Below, piece after piece: positions 36,273 through 49,170 of a stretch of DNA of 64,000 nucleotides (within the stretch, counting starts at the first letter, position 1; each line of letters starts with the position of its first letter). The notes under the pieces were generated by a model. The model searched no databases. It was given only the letters and a program-made list of their open reading frames with translations, and was not told where the DNA came from. Origin of the DNA: Cercozoa sp. M6MM (Eukaryota; Protista; Endomyxa: Ascetosporea); assembly GCA_040357565.1 (NCBI GenBank), contig JBDODJ010000023.1. One strand, written 5' to 3'. The position numbers and the translations under genes are program-made.

Positions 36273-38004
36273 TCACCAGAAATCAGCCGAAACATGCCCC
36301 ACAAAGTCGAAGGACGGCAGAGGCGCACTGTTGTCAAAGAGCGGCGGCTCCATCGACAGAGACTCACCAACGTCGCCAAACACTCTGCTGCTGTTGGCGG
36401 TGCCGTGGCCGAGGTCGAAGAGCGGCATGTCGCAGGACTCGCTGCTCGAGTCGACAAGCGGCAGCGGCGGCAGTTCCGGCAAGTCGGGAACGTCGAACAG
36501 CTCTGGCGCGGGCAGCTCGCAGTGCGACAGTTTCGGCATCGAAGCCAGAACCGCCGCGGCTGGGGCGCAGGCGATTAAGGGGTCAGTGGCTACTTGCATG
36601 CACGCATCTGTGTCAGTCATTGGCGTAGCCATCGACGTAGCCATCGAGGGCAGACTCGGCAGTCGCAGCGGCGGAAGAGAGCTGACGTGCGGCGTGACCT
36701 GCGGCGTCACTTGCTGCGGCTGCAGGCACGTGCTTTCACTTCCCCAAGCCAGACACACAAGAGAAGAAACGCGTACAGGGGGTGAAGTCACATCGGCCTC
36801 TTTCGTGTGCAGTTTCATGTGCGCGTTGAGGTTACTCTTGTCGCTGAAGGAGTGGCCACACTCGGCGCATTTGAAGGGCCGTGCACCCGTGTGTGTGCGC
36901 GCGTGTCGCTTGAGGTTGCTCTTCTGCGAGAAGCCCTTGCCGCACACGTCGCACTGGAAGGGTTTCTCGCCTGTGTGCGTACGCTCGTGCGCCAGCAGGT
37001 TTTGCTTCTTGGCGAAACGACGCTGGCAGAAACGGCACGCGTGCGCGCGGATGCCCTCGTGCTTGGTGCGAATGTGCGTCACGAGCGAGCCCTTCTGTCG
37101 GTACGACTTGTCACACAGCGGGCAGTGGAACATTCCGTCGGCTGCTTTCGTCAGTTGCTTCGACGAAATCGCCGGCGTCGCTTTCGTTTGCGACGGTGCT
37201 TCCGAACGCGTCGCAGGCGAACGAAAAGGCGACATGGAAGCGCTTTCGGCTCGCTCGGGCGTGGCTTGGCCGACTGGCGGTTGCGTGGCTGGCAGAGGCA
37301 GCATCTCGCTGTCATTGAGAGAAACTGACGAAGACTCGAGCTGCTGCACGTGCTGTCGGCGACGCTGCGTCGGAAGCATCGGCTCAGGAGACGTCCCACT
37401 TGACTGTGGCGCCGTTGTTGGCGTCACCACAGGCGACGATGCTGGCGCCCGCTGCTCTCGGACGAGCTGAAACCCCAGCACGGCACCAGTGGCACCCGAA
37501 CCCAAGCCGAAAACACCGGTGCTGACAACACCGGCCATTGGCAACTGCAATATTTACACAAAAGATGAACTATACAACCCGGAGGAGAAAGAAAAGCACC
37601 ATTCGTAAGCGCGAGTATTCGCCTGAGAGTGCATCGCTTTCTTTCTTCCCAGCCACTCTGGGAGTCTTCCACCACACTGTCAGTAACACGATGGCGAGTA
37701 ACTCGAAAAGCGCCACAAGAAGCCATTGATGCGTTCTTCGTCGGAAGTGCGCGTCACTTCGGTATCGTCTTCGACAGTCTCTCCATCTGCAGGAAAAGTG
37801 CAAGTGGAACACTTGTCGCCTCAGTTTTAACACAAAAAGTGTACTTTCGGCGAAATCTTCTGCGTGTCTTGTGCCTTCACATCACAAGAGTAGAGAAAGT
37901 GAAAAATCAAACTTCAAAGAAGTATTGATATAGGACAACTACCACTCCTTCTCGACGTGTCTGGCGAAGTGGTCTACTTTTTTGAAGATCACCTCGCGAG
38001 ACAT
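36273..38004 (-). CDS. Kruppel-type C2H2 zinc-finger protein (4 fingers) with predicted N-terminal transmembrane segment(s)
   Basis: Four C-x2-C...H-x3/4-H fingers with TGEKPF and TGARPF linkers. Upstream exons 38004-37943, 37874-37845 and 37786-37600 splice in phase to 37544 and encode WLLVALFELLAIVLLTVWW. Confidence 0.85.
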
Positions 38005-38331
38005 GGCGGCGTCGGATCTGGGTCACGTTGGCCGTGACCGGAACTGCGTGACTGTGACTGGAGTGAGTGGTTGAAGAAACCTTCGACTGAGTAAATGAGT
38101 GAACACCCGTCGCTCGATCTTCGTCTCGGGGACTAATAATCTGCCCAAATGTCTGCCGTGCCCACCGCAAGGTCAGTATGATGTCATCGACCGCTCCAAA
38201 GCGTTAAAAACGAACAGCAGAATTTGAGCTCAACCCAAGGATCTGAGCTCAAAAATGGTGTGACGTTCCCAAAAAAGCATTATATCACGCGATCCGTGTG
38301 TGCCCAGATGGATTAAGATAGTTGGAAGGCT

Positions 38332-40933
38332 ATGGAGCGGTTTCTGGTGGCGTTAGCTCCATCGGGTCACATCGATGCAGGAGGTGCCAGTGATCTGGCA
38401 GACACCAAGGCGCGAAGGGTGCTGCTGCAGCAGTTCTGCGACATCTTGAAGCAGGCACAGTCGAAACATAAAGAAGAGCTTGAACTCAGGTCGCTTGTGT
38501 CTAGGTATCTCCGTTCGGAAGACCTCCCAGGTCAGTCTTATGCCGTGTCCTGTCAGCTCGAAAGAACGACAGTGCGTTGCTGGTCTTCGCAGCCTCGCGA
38601 GTGCAGTTGCAAAGTACGACGTTCCACTCGTTTGTAATGTCCTGGTCGAGTCTGAAGATGTAGTCGTACTTCTTTCTCTCTGTTGAGACAGTGCTTCTTT
38701 GTTGTGGTGAGAGTTTGAGTTAGTTGCTGCTGCAAGAAAGCCTCGTGGTCTGGAACGCGGCTTCCTGGTTTTTGTCGCGCTTGTTTGCGTCGTTTTTGCC
38801 GCGAGATGTGCTCGTTAGTGTCCTGAAAATGTGTCGTGTTGGTGCACGTGCCTGCTGCAGTGTCAAAGAGCACAAGGCAGTGACTCTGGCGACTCCGCTG
38901 ATGACGCTTGCGTTCGTGCATTCGACAGTGCGAAGTCGCGCGATCTTTCTCGAAGAAAACGCTGATTCGATCGAAGAGTCGTGGCAGCGATTGTGGTGGC
39001 CCTACCTGTCAAGCCAACTGAAGTCGTCTGCGCCGGGTTTTGCTCTCGTCGCACTGCGCGTTTTTATCAATCGGCGTGTTGCGTCGCTGTCACATGTGTG
39101 TGCCGCGGCGGCCCCTCTGCTTCTGGAACCTTCGACTCTTCCTGACGCTACAGAACTGCTCAGGAATATGGTAAATTGAAGCTTTCATTTCACACTGCCG
39201 AGATCAACATATTATGTTGCAGGACTTTAGCGTTCTTCGCCAGACGCCAGAGTTCCCGGAATTCTCAAAACAGTTTCTTTCCTCGCTCCTGCGTTCGAAG
39301 GTGTTGTCGTTCCTTTGCGAGTACTCGAAAAAGCACTTCATTCATGCCACGGTGCTTGCTTGTACCTTTAAAACCTGTGAATTGACTGTGTTGTTTTTGG
39401 TTTTTGTAGCACGCATGGTCGACCATGCTGCGCTTGCTGCTGCCGAGTGGAGAAGCGTTTGAAACGGCATTTGACGCGTTGAGTGGCGTGCTGCAAGAGT
39501 GGATCGAACAGCTGCCACTGCAGACTGAAACGACGCAAAAGCACGTCGTTCAGGCTTGGACGAACGTGTTTAACGAGTGGATTCTTCTCGATTCGGAGCC
39601 GACTGATGTCGCACTTATCGTCATTGCCATGTTCCAGCACCTTCTAGATGTCGGTAGTCTGAGCTGTGTTTGTCATTCAGCTGGCCTGTATATGCCTTTT
39701 GCACTGTGTGGTAGGGGTGTTTGAGTCTATCGTAAAAACGAAAGCGAACGAAACTTTGATTGTGTTGTTCGACTCGCACACGAAAATGAACGACGCTGCT
39801 TTCGTTCAAGTGCTAAAGCATCTGCTGCCGTTGTGTAATCTCGATTCGTGTGCCGGCGAACTGACAACATTTGTTCGTGATTGCTGTGGTACAGTTTTTG
39901 TTGTTTGCGTTTGGTGGCTGCTGGCATCTATGAGTGATTGGTCTGCGCAGAGACAATGCCGCGATCTGCGACGGAGTGTCTCGTCGAAAGGCGAATGAAC
40001 TTGAGCAAGAAACGTGTCGTACCTCGCGACAATTTGCTTCCTCCGAAACGACGGCGTATCGTTGCAACCATCGAAACTGGAGACTTTGAAGAAAGCCCGA
40101 ACCCAGCCACTGTGATTTCGGTACCGTCGCGTGTGCTGAACGAGTCGAGACCTCGCGAAAGTCCAACAGATACGAAAGTGTCGAAAGCTTTGGCGCGTGA
40201 CTCGAAAGCTCCAGTGCAAGTGTCGAAAGCTCCAGTGCAAGAGGGGAAGGCCCCACAAACGTCATTTCCAGAGCCGATATCTTTGAAGGAAGAGTCGATA
40301 GCTTCGAAGGCAGCAAGTTCTTTGGACAGAGACAACAACGACTCAGTTTTTGAACTGCCGAGTTCGGGCAAGCTGTTCAATGCGCGTGCTTCCGACGCAC
40401 TGTCGATTGAAAGCGATCGCTCGGCGAACGAGGCAGCGATTCACGAGCTCGACCTCGACAATGACAATGAGCAGCTCGCTCCGACAGTGCCGAGTTCTAT
40501 CATGCCGAGTGTGATCGTGCCAGAGACGGTCCCTGAAGTCACGCAACAACAGCAGAAGCAGCTGAGACGCAAGGCACTGTCAAAGGCACGGTCGCAACAA
40601 GCACAGTCTCAAGCACAGTCTCAAAGATCGCAGTCAAGAGGACAATCACAACAACAGCAGCAACAACAGAAAACACAGTCCCAGGCCTACGCGACTCCAT
40701 CTGAAAGTGACCATTGGTGGTCTCTTTTGCACGCCGATGACCCGCGCGTGCAATTGCGCGAACTGGCGCGTACACGCCCGCAGCACTACCAGCAGGTCCC
40801 TTTGCAGCAGTGTTTGTTTCAGATAGTCCGCTTTTTTGGTCTACGTCGTGTGCATTTATTTGCACAGATGCACATACGTATGATGAGCATGGCGAACACC
40901 ATGTTGCAAGTGTGGCATCAACATACTTCCTGA
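38332..40933 (+). CDS. Hypothetical protein: helical-repeat-like N-terminus, disordered S/Q-rich C-terminal half with NLS-like motif
   Basis: Leu-rich helical exons over 38332-39890, then PPKRRRI and a long S/E/Q-rich exon ending ...VWHQHTS*. Confidence 0.6.
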
Positions 40934-41531
40934 TGATTCTCTCGAATAACTTCGCGTTGTAGCGACACTTTTTGACCATACCGCACCCGAACGCAATAAA
41001 ACTATGCACTGCACTTTACTTAGTACTGGTTGTGCCCTCATCAATGCAATCGTCACACCATACTTTTGATCAAACTCCCGGACCAGCTTGATTTGGGTTC
41101 TTGGGGAGCGACCTCTCGCGGCCATTTATTTTTTGCCTCGGCGTCGCTATCACCAGCAGATCAGTGTTCACGTCAGTGCTCGTGCTGCCCGTGACGCTCT
41201 AGTGAGGTAATTTCACCGGTCTTGTGTGTTCATTCCGCCATGTTTCTGGTCCGATTATTCTGGGTGTTTTTCTTTTCACGTGTCTCCTTCTTTCCGCGCG
41301 GAAGTTGTCGAATTTCAACAATTATTTCACACTGAGTTTTCGCGTATTTTCGCGAGTTTCAGTGCCCCTTGGGTGCACCCAGTGTCTGAATTGGTGTGCG
41401 GAGTGTGCATGGCACGACTGTGCTGCACTTGTACGATCGAAGCGTGAGCAGTCCATCAGTTGATCTGACTCTGCCTCTTTTTCGCTTACAGCTGCTGACC
41501 TGAGTTTTAAACTGGAGCTAGAGCTAGTGAT

Positions 41532-44500
41532 ATGCGCTCGTTTTACTCATTATGGGGCCACCCAACCCCGTCGCAGTCTGATCTGATACAAGCCATGCTC
41601 GATGTGCACTTTCCGCAATCGCGGCGCGAAAATGCCTCTTCTCGGCCACTCTCGCCGCCTTCATTTGTTGCTGTGAGGAAATCACATTTGCCTTGCTTCT
41701 TTCTGGCCTTCTACTTTCAATTTTTGGCACACTGCCATTTACGTCTGCAGTCGCAACTCACCTCTCTTTTGTGCAGCGGCGGTCCTCTCAAGCGCGAAGG
41801 CAAAACGCTTCTACGCGGACGAGACCCGGACACCGACTCCGCGGACGAAACATGACGAGACACCCTGTCTCTGTGTGTTCCAGGTCGCACGTTGCTCCGT
41901 CGCTTGCGTCGTCTGGCGACCCGGAGAAGCTGCCGCGAAGGCGAGCGGATCGAGTGCCTGAGCAAAAGATCTTTCGACTTTTGGAGTTCGTGCACAACCA
42001 ACGGATACGTGTCTTTCTTTCTTCGGAGCCACCGAAGCCATGCACTCGACCTTCTGTCCCCGTTCTCACGCGGATACAGGGTACCCTGTTTTCTTATATC
42101 TTTGTCTGTGCGCCGTTGATCTCTGGTGTGGAATGACAGACAATGGTGCAAGCGCCAGTGACAGTGACGCCGAGATTGACAGCGATGATGTGACGTCCAA
42201 TGATGAACTGATCCGCCAACGCGAGAGCAAGCAAGCAGCGCAGAAGCAGCGCAAGGACGCAGTGATTTCTGCCTCCTTGGCTTCACATTCGCTCGCATCG
42301 CCAGCTTCCGCCAGAACAAACTCGACGCTCGCCGAAACACTTGCAGCAGTCCACTTGAAGGCAAAGGATTTCATCCGACCTCGAGCGGTGACTCGTCTTT
42401 CCGGCGACCCACAGTTTGCCGAGGCGCGTCGCAAGTGCTTGCCGCGAGCAGAGCTCCCGAAAATATCGGAAGCCGTGAGCTCGAGCGACGAAGAGCCGCA
42501 GATCCGCTCCGTGTCGATGTATCTGTGCCCGCGTTCGGACGGTTTTGTCAACGACTGCGTCGACAGCGACAAGGCGCCCGATCAAGTTGAACCTGGTGGT
42601 GCGACCGATGCGATGTCTTATGTGTGCGAAGAGGACCCGACAATGCCGATTTCGCGTTTCGCTCGCAAGTTGAAGTCATTTGTTGTGCGCAAGGAAACCG
42701 GCTTCCTGGACGTGCAGCTCGAAGGCTTCGCACTCGAGGGACTTGAGTTAGAAGAGTGCTGTCCTCACCGACGTCGCACCTCCACGCACGTCGTGCTGAG
42801 CGAGGTCACGTGGACGAACAATGCGCGCGTTGTGTCCGTGGTGGCCGAGGTGAGACCATCTCGCGTGCCACTTGCGTGGCGTCGCGTGCTTGTCGACTGC
42901 GCCTCGGAGGCTTCAGTGGAGGCGCTCGAGTCGTCTAGTGTGTTTGGCGAGGACGTGCCGCTGCGACGGGTGCGTGACCACGCGGGTTTCTCGTTGCTGC
43001 AACTGGCGTGTGAGCGGCGTGACGCCAAGGTGCTCAACGTGGTGCTGCGCCTGGGCGGCTCTGCTCTCGACTGGCTGCGGCCGATCCATCGCAACGACCT
43101 GGGTGAAACGGTGTTTGACGTGTGCGTGCGCTGCGACTGGCCGCTCGGACTGCGTCGACTGCGAGAGGCGCTGCACAACTGCTACTCGGACTCGAGCGTG
43201 AGCCAGCAGGAGTTCTGCGCTTTCGCCGACAAGCTGCAGGAGTCGCTGCAGCGCGGCACCGGCGACACTGTTGACTGTGCCACGAGCAACGGCTACGACA
43301 CTCCCGACTTTGCCGGCGGCGAGAAGCTCGAGGACTTCCTGCAGCGCGGCACAGGTGCCGACAGAGGTGACCACTGCGCATTGTGCTCAGACTCGCGTCA
43401 GTCCGCCGTCAGCTCTCGCACGTGGCAGCACTCACTCGTGCAGCCCGATTTCGCGTGTGCCGAATCTAAACCTGATCATCGCGTTCACGGTCGCCAGGTA
43501 CTGTTATGTGTACTTCTGTGAGTTCACCTGCGTGCTACGTGTGAGTTCACCTGCGTGCTACGTGTGAGTTCACCTGCGCAGATGCAAGGTGCAAGTTCGC
43601 CAATGTTGTTCAACCGAAGCGAACACGCGCTGTCGTTGCCTACTTTGGCGGCGATGTACGGCGCCGCAAGTGCGCTGGGTGCCGTCGTGGAGTTTCTGGA
43701 GACGATGCCGTTGTCGTCGAACCCTCCGCCTGGCAGCTACCGACAGCGCACGACGAATGGCACGAGCCGCCGTGTGCGCCTGCTTTCGCTGGCAGCAGTG
43801 AACGCAAAGACGCGCGATACAGCACTGCACGAGATCGTGCGCACGCTAAACGCACTTAGCAAGATCAGGCACTTAGACGGCGAGCGACGCGCGCGAAACA
43901 CGCTTCGAAAGTCTGTCATTGACACTGCGGCGACGCTGGCTATGCATGGCGTGCGACCGCATGTCGTCAACGCGCGAAACCTTTGTGCTTTCAGTATCGC
44001 TGAGGTTGGCATCGCTGAGGAACTGCGCGTTCTTTTCCACCCCAACAAAAAACACAACAAGGTAGCTTTTTTTCTCCTGTGTGTACGTTGCTTTGTGCAT
44101 GTCTTTTCATCTATGAGTATGCAGAACAAGCGAAGCAAGAAAGGCAAGAAGAAAGGCAAGCGCCGAAAGCAGGTGTCGCATTCGAATCCGAAGCGAATGC
44201 GCCAGCGACAGCAGCAGCAACAATCGCAGCAGGATAGACACGAGTCGGACCGTGGCACGTCCGAGGGACAGCCCGACCTTGACAGGGACTCCAACGTCGA
44301 TGCTTTTACGGAAGACACGAGTCAGTTGTCGTACGCTGCTGCTCTGACGGCTGAGTCGACGACCGAACACTCGGAGCCGACGCTGGAATCTCTGCCAAGT
44401 CACCCTGTGGAAGTGCTCGCTACTGTGGTCGAAGAGACGAAACGCGACATTGTGCTAGTGGGCGAAGAAACGCCGACCGACACGATTGAGATGAAGCCCG

Positions 44501-47500
44501 AACCTGAAACACACTCTCAGCCAAGCAAGGACGAAGTCTCCGAGCAGCCAGTGCGACCTGCTGCAGTCAGCACGCCGCCTAAGCGCAGCAGTCGCAAGTC
44601 GAAAAACCGGCATTTGCTTCGTTCGCGACGCGCGGCACGTGCAGCACAGTCAGTCGTTTCAACCGACGCCACCGACTCAATGCTTGCCGACGATGCAGTC
44701 AAGCAGACTGTACAGGCGAAGGAGGACATTTCAGATGCGACCGTTGAAGTCGCTCCTGTTGACCAGAGCTCTGCTGCTACCGAGATGAAGGAACGCGCAC
44801 TTGCGCCGACTGTTGCAACGCCTTCTGTTGCTAGGTACCGCGTCTCTGTTTTTTTGGCCTGTAGTTTGTACTTTTCGTGTTTTGTAGTTCCAAACAACGA
44901 TCGACAGCGCAACAGACGACGCGTGTGTCTCCGCATGTGTCTCCGCGTGTGAAGCCTAGTGTATCTACCTGTGCTCCCGAAGTGCGTTTTTGCTTTCCGT
45001 CACGCGCCTGGTGTTCTTAACGCACTTCCTTGTTTTGCAGTCAACCTCGCTGCCGGCAACTCCGGCTGCGTCGTCGACGGCGCCGACGCAGCGCATGAGT
45101 TTCGCCGCAGTTCTGCAGTCGACGTTCCAACAGTCTCGCCGTGAGGTGCGTTTCTCTTCTTGACTTTTGGTTTTATACTTCAGATGTACCACCGCAGGCT
45201 CGCCGGAGGTCGGTCACGGAGGCGCACGGTGCAGTGGCCACGCGCGAACGCTCGGGCAGCAGTGGCGTGACAGGCAGCTCGGGTGCAACCACACGTGGCC
45301 GCAGCATGTCGAACTCGGCACGTGCTTGCAACGAGCACGACGTGCGACGCATCGGCCGGCGCAACTCGGTGTCGGACCTGGCGCAGATGCCGGCGCACTA
45401 CGACGAGGATTCGGACGACGATGTCACTTCCGACGTTGGTCCGCACGGCGTTGACCTGCGGCAGCACGCGCGCCATCACGAGCAGCGGCGGCACGAGCAG
45501 CAACAACAGCAACATCAACAGCAGTACCACCCACCTCACCAGCAGCAACAACAACACCGCCAGCAACACCAGCAACACCAGCGAGAGCTGCCACCAGGTG
45601 GACGCAAGACGCGTTCGCGGCGTGCGCGGCGGCGCGAGGCCAACTTGAGTAGCAACCTGAGCGGCACCGCGTCGCACATGGCCGTCGCAGCGCTCAACGA
45701 CGACGATGACCGACTCAGCGTGGCCTCGTGCTCGTCGGTGACCTCGCTCGGCAGTAGTGCTTCCGTGTTGTCGTATCGCTCGAGTGCGTCGATGCCGCCG
45801 CCGTCACTGCGCGAGCCGAACAGTGCACCTCCGACGTCGCTGCACTATTTCCAGCAACAACAGCAGCAGCAGCAGCAGCACCAACACTATCAGCATCATC
45901 CTCTCCAGCACCAGCACCAGCACCAGCACCAACAGCAGCAGTATCACTACCACCCGCAACATTACTCGCAGCAGCAGTACCACCAGCACGCGCTGCACCA
46001 GTACCACCAGCAGTCGCACGCACCGCGGCGCACTTCACGGCGTCGTCGGCAGGCTGCCTCGGCGCTGCACCAGCGCTCGCACGTCTCCTCTCGCTTCCAC
46101 AACACGTGCGTTTTCTCCTGTCTGTCACTTGTATATCTTCAATGGATAGGTGTACCGTGTGACCACAGGCAATCCCACAGAAACGATGGACGGCAACAGG
46201 AACGTAGGAAACAAGGCACGCGATTAAGCAGGCGTCGACTGTCGGCAGCCTCGGTGGTGTCGTCGCACTCGTCGCTCACTCAGTCCGAGACGGCCTATTC
46301 TCAGTCGCACTTACCGCAGCAGCAACACAGACAACCGCAAAGTCAACAACAACAGCAACAGCAGCAGCATCAGTCGCAGCAGCAACAGTCGCAGCTGCGA
46401 CCGTCGGATGAACTGCTGGTGCACCAGACGAAAATGTTCCTCGAGCACGCCAACGTCAACGAGAAGATTAACGCCGTGATCGATGTGATGCGGCCTCGGC
46501 GAGGCACGCGACGCCGCTTCAACGAGGTGCACCGCTTCGTCGAGCGCCTGGTGCAGGCCATCCTGTCGGACAAGGTGCGACTGTTCCCGATGGGATCGGT
46601 GGCACTGCGCACCTTCCTGGTCGACTCGGACATTGATCTTACCTTGTTCGGGCACGCCGAGTTCCGCGCGCGCTGGGCACGCGAGATTAGCAAGTGGCTG
46701 CACCGCATCGTGGAGCACGACTTACAGGCTGTGGCGCTCGCCTCGGACGCGGCCGACGTCGCGGCCGACCCGGCGCTGCGCGGTCTCTTTGCTGGCGAGG
46801 AGACGCAGCTGCGTCGCATTCTTGCCGTGCTGCGTGAGCAGGTTCACTTGTCTCTTTTTTGTGTTGGTATGTTTGAACTCATATCTGGCCTGCAGAAAAA
46901 GATTTCGTCGCTTGATTTCACGATTAGCGACCCGCAGCTGATCGATGCTACCGTTGCTTTGGTACTCCGAGTTGCAAGACATGTGTGTCTGTGTGCGTGT
47001 GTATGTGTGTGTATGTGTGTGTGGTGTTCGAGCAGGTCAAAATGCGCGTGGGCAATACGGATGTGGACGTCACGAGTGGTCGACACAACGCCCTTGTGGC
47101 CGGCGCCTTTTTCGAGGAGATCGACCGGCGACTCGGCAACGACCACCTGTTCAAGCGCTCGCTCCTGCTGTGCAAGGCCTTCTTTCGACACCTGGGCAGT
47201 GTGCTGGTACGTCAACACTCGTCCATCCCGTGTCTGTAATCCTCCGGGTTGTGTCAGGGTTCGGATCGAGGCTTGCTGTCGTCGTACTGTCTGCGCACGT
47301 TTGTGCTGACAGTGTTCAACCTGTGGCACCACGTGACCAAGACGCCACTCGAGTGTCTGCACCGACTGCTGTGGCTGCTGAGCAGCTTCGACTGGGACCA
47401 CTGCATCTTCACGATCCAGGGTCCGCTGGCGACGGCGACAGCGCCTGTGGCCGTTCACTCGCTCTCGTCGGTCGGCGACGACGCCGTCGACGACGGAGGC

Positions 47501-48175
47501 AGTGCCACGCGTGATGTCGCCACGTCCACCAGCGCCGATGACACCAGCAACGTAGCCAACAGTCGCGAGGGCTGGCTGCAGCCCAGTTCGCTCGTGCGAG
47601 TGCCCTTGCGAAGTGTACGCTTTTGTTTTTGTCCACGTGTGTCCACACACTATGGTCGCGCAGAGTGCCGAAGTCGCTCCGGAGCCGCTGATCGACGACG
47701 AGTTCCTCTCACACTACGCGCGTCCGCCAAAGTCGCACGACGTAAAGCGCCTCTTCCCCCCCCCCTGATTTTTTGTATGCTGAGTGTTTTTGAAATGCAG
47801 CGAGGTTACCAGTTGCGCGACATTAACGTGATGGACCCGCTGGACGCGACCAACAACCTGGCGCGGCCTGTGCGACGCTCCCAGGACGCCATGCTAATCA
47901 AGCGAAAGTTCCAGGAGGCGCGTGATGTCTTGGTGCGCGCCGTGACACGCTGGACGAGTCTGAGCAATGCGCCGCCTTCCTTCCACGTGGACGCCTGTAT
48001 GCTCGCCGTGGGCGAGTTGCTCAGTGTTGAGATGCTGAGCACGCTGCTCTCGCAGTGTCAGGACGAGCAGCATACCTCCGACGGTGACGACATAAACGCA
48101 GACCCGCTCGACGGACAGTTGGACGAAATGCGTGAGCACATCGCCTTGGCGCAGCGGCTTGGCCCCACTCACTGA
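41532..48175 (+). CDS. Giant ankyrin-like/polyQ-H protein with C-terminal Pol-beta-superfamily terminal nucleotidyltransferase (PAP/OAS1 substrate-binding type)
   Basis: LFPMGSVALRTFLVDSDIDLT (GS...DxD), VKMRVGNTDVDVT (third Asp), HLFKRSLLLCKAFF...LLSSYCL, FDWDHCIFTIQGP and INVMDPLDATNNLARPV. Upstream ankyrin-like GFSLLQLACE, LGETVFDVCV and RDTALHEIV. Exon phases are consistent where checked. Confidence 0.8.
43518..43579 (+). repeat. Intronic 23-bp tandem repeat x2.7 (GTGAGTTCACCTGCGTGCTACGT)
   Basis: Units start at 43518, 43541 and 43564. Confidence 0.9.
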
Positions 48176-48409
48176 GGTTTGTGCCAGTTCCGCTCGGTGT
48201 AGGGCAGACCAACCGGCAGAGAGTGCCGTGCACGTGTGGTTCGGTTCTTTATTCCACTATTCGATTTATTCCGAAGTCACGGACACTCGCTAGTTTAACC
48301 AACTAACGTCACGGAACGTAACTGCCGTGAATTGTGTTCACGTTCGCGTCGAGCCGAGTCGGCGCCGGCTAAACGTGAGCTTGGCGGCGGGCGTCGGGTA
48401 TGGGACGGA

Positions 48410-49170
48410 CTATGACATGGCCAGGCCGCGGATTCGACGGGCAAGTTGGATGTCCTTGGCGTACAGCGTTACTCTGGACACACGAGGCAACGTCCATAAC
48501 GGGGAACTGTAAATCAGTTATACCTTTTAGCGTGGATGGCACACAAATTCGCATCCGAAAAGATCGCTACCTATGGCACCAAACGCAGAAAGAACAGGCA
48601 AGTGTAAACAGACGAGTGATCAGAACAAAAGACAGCACAGCGAACCAAATAAGCTTCGGCAGCGTACTGTAGGGCCTCGATCGCGACACCTTGCCATCGC
48701 AGTCGTGGGTTAAAGTACGTCGTTACTTCCTGCACAACAGCAAAAGATATCAAACAGACACACATATGCTTGAGTTAACTTGGTTTACCTTGACAAGACG
48801 TGCAAACGGCAACTTTCGAATAAGTAAATCTGTCGTTTTTTGAAAATGTCTGCATAGAGAGAAAGCTGGCAATAAGTACGCGTTAAAATGGCAAAAGAGA
48901 TCACACACGCCTGCTGACTGACCTGATTTCTCGCAATGCCCGCGTTCCTGGCCGCAACCGTCGCCTGAAAACAAATCAATCGAACGGTGGAAAGCAAACA
49001 GCAGAGTTACCGTTTGTGTGTGATTTCTTTTGGTGCTGTTTTCCTTGCCTGACAGAGTGCACATCATTGTTGCAGCACTCGCCTGTAGCAGAAGAATCTA
49101 CCTTGGAGCGTGCCTGTTTTGAAGGTGCCTTGCCTGCAACGGGGCGCGTCGTCTCCGCTTGCCGCGGCAT
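48410..49170 (-). CDS. CENH3: Histone H3 variant, probable centromeric CenH3/CENP-A (7 exons)
   Basis: MPRQAETTRPVAGKAPSKQARSK|ARKTAPKEITHKR|RRLRPGTRALREIR|HFQKTTDLLIRKLPFARLVK|EVTTYFNPRLRWQGVAIEALQYAAEAYL|VAIFSDANLCAIHAK|RVTLYAKDIQLARRIRGLAMS*. It has Q68->A, F84->W and T107->A relative to canonical H3. Confidence 0.8.

Noticed and set aside
36331-37470. Long + strand ORF (379 aa) and other long antisense ORFs (e.g. 49448-49981, 61025-62110)
   Set aside because: These are antisense shadows of GC-rich real genes (zinc finger, H1-like, PRP8) with no independent motifs.
38332-40933. RIF1 assignment for the helical + disordered protein
   Set aside because: The layout is compatible, but no SILK/RVxF PP1-docking motif or other diagnostic sequence was found; left as hypothetical.
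40856-41125. Minus-strand 89-aa ORF MAARGRSPRTQ...
   Set aside because: It overlaps the 3' end of the upstream + strand gene, has no recognisable motif and no splice support.
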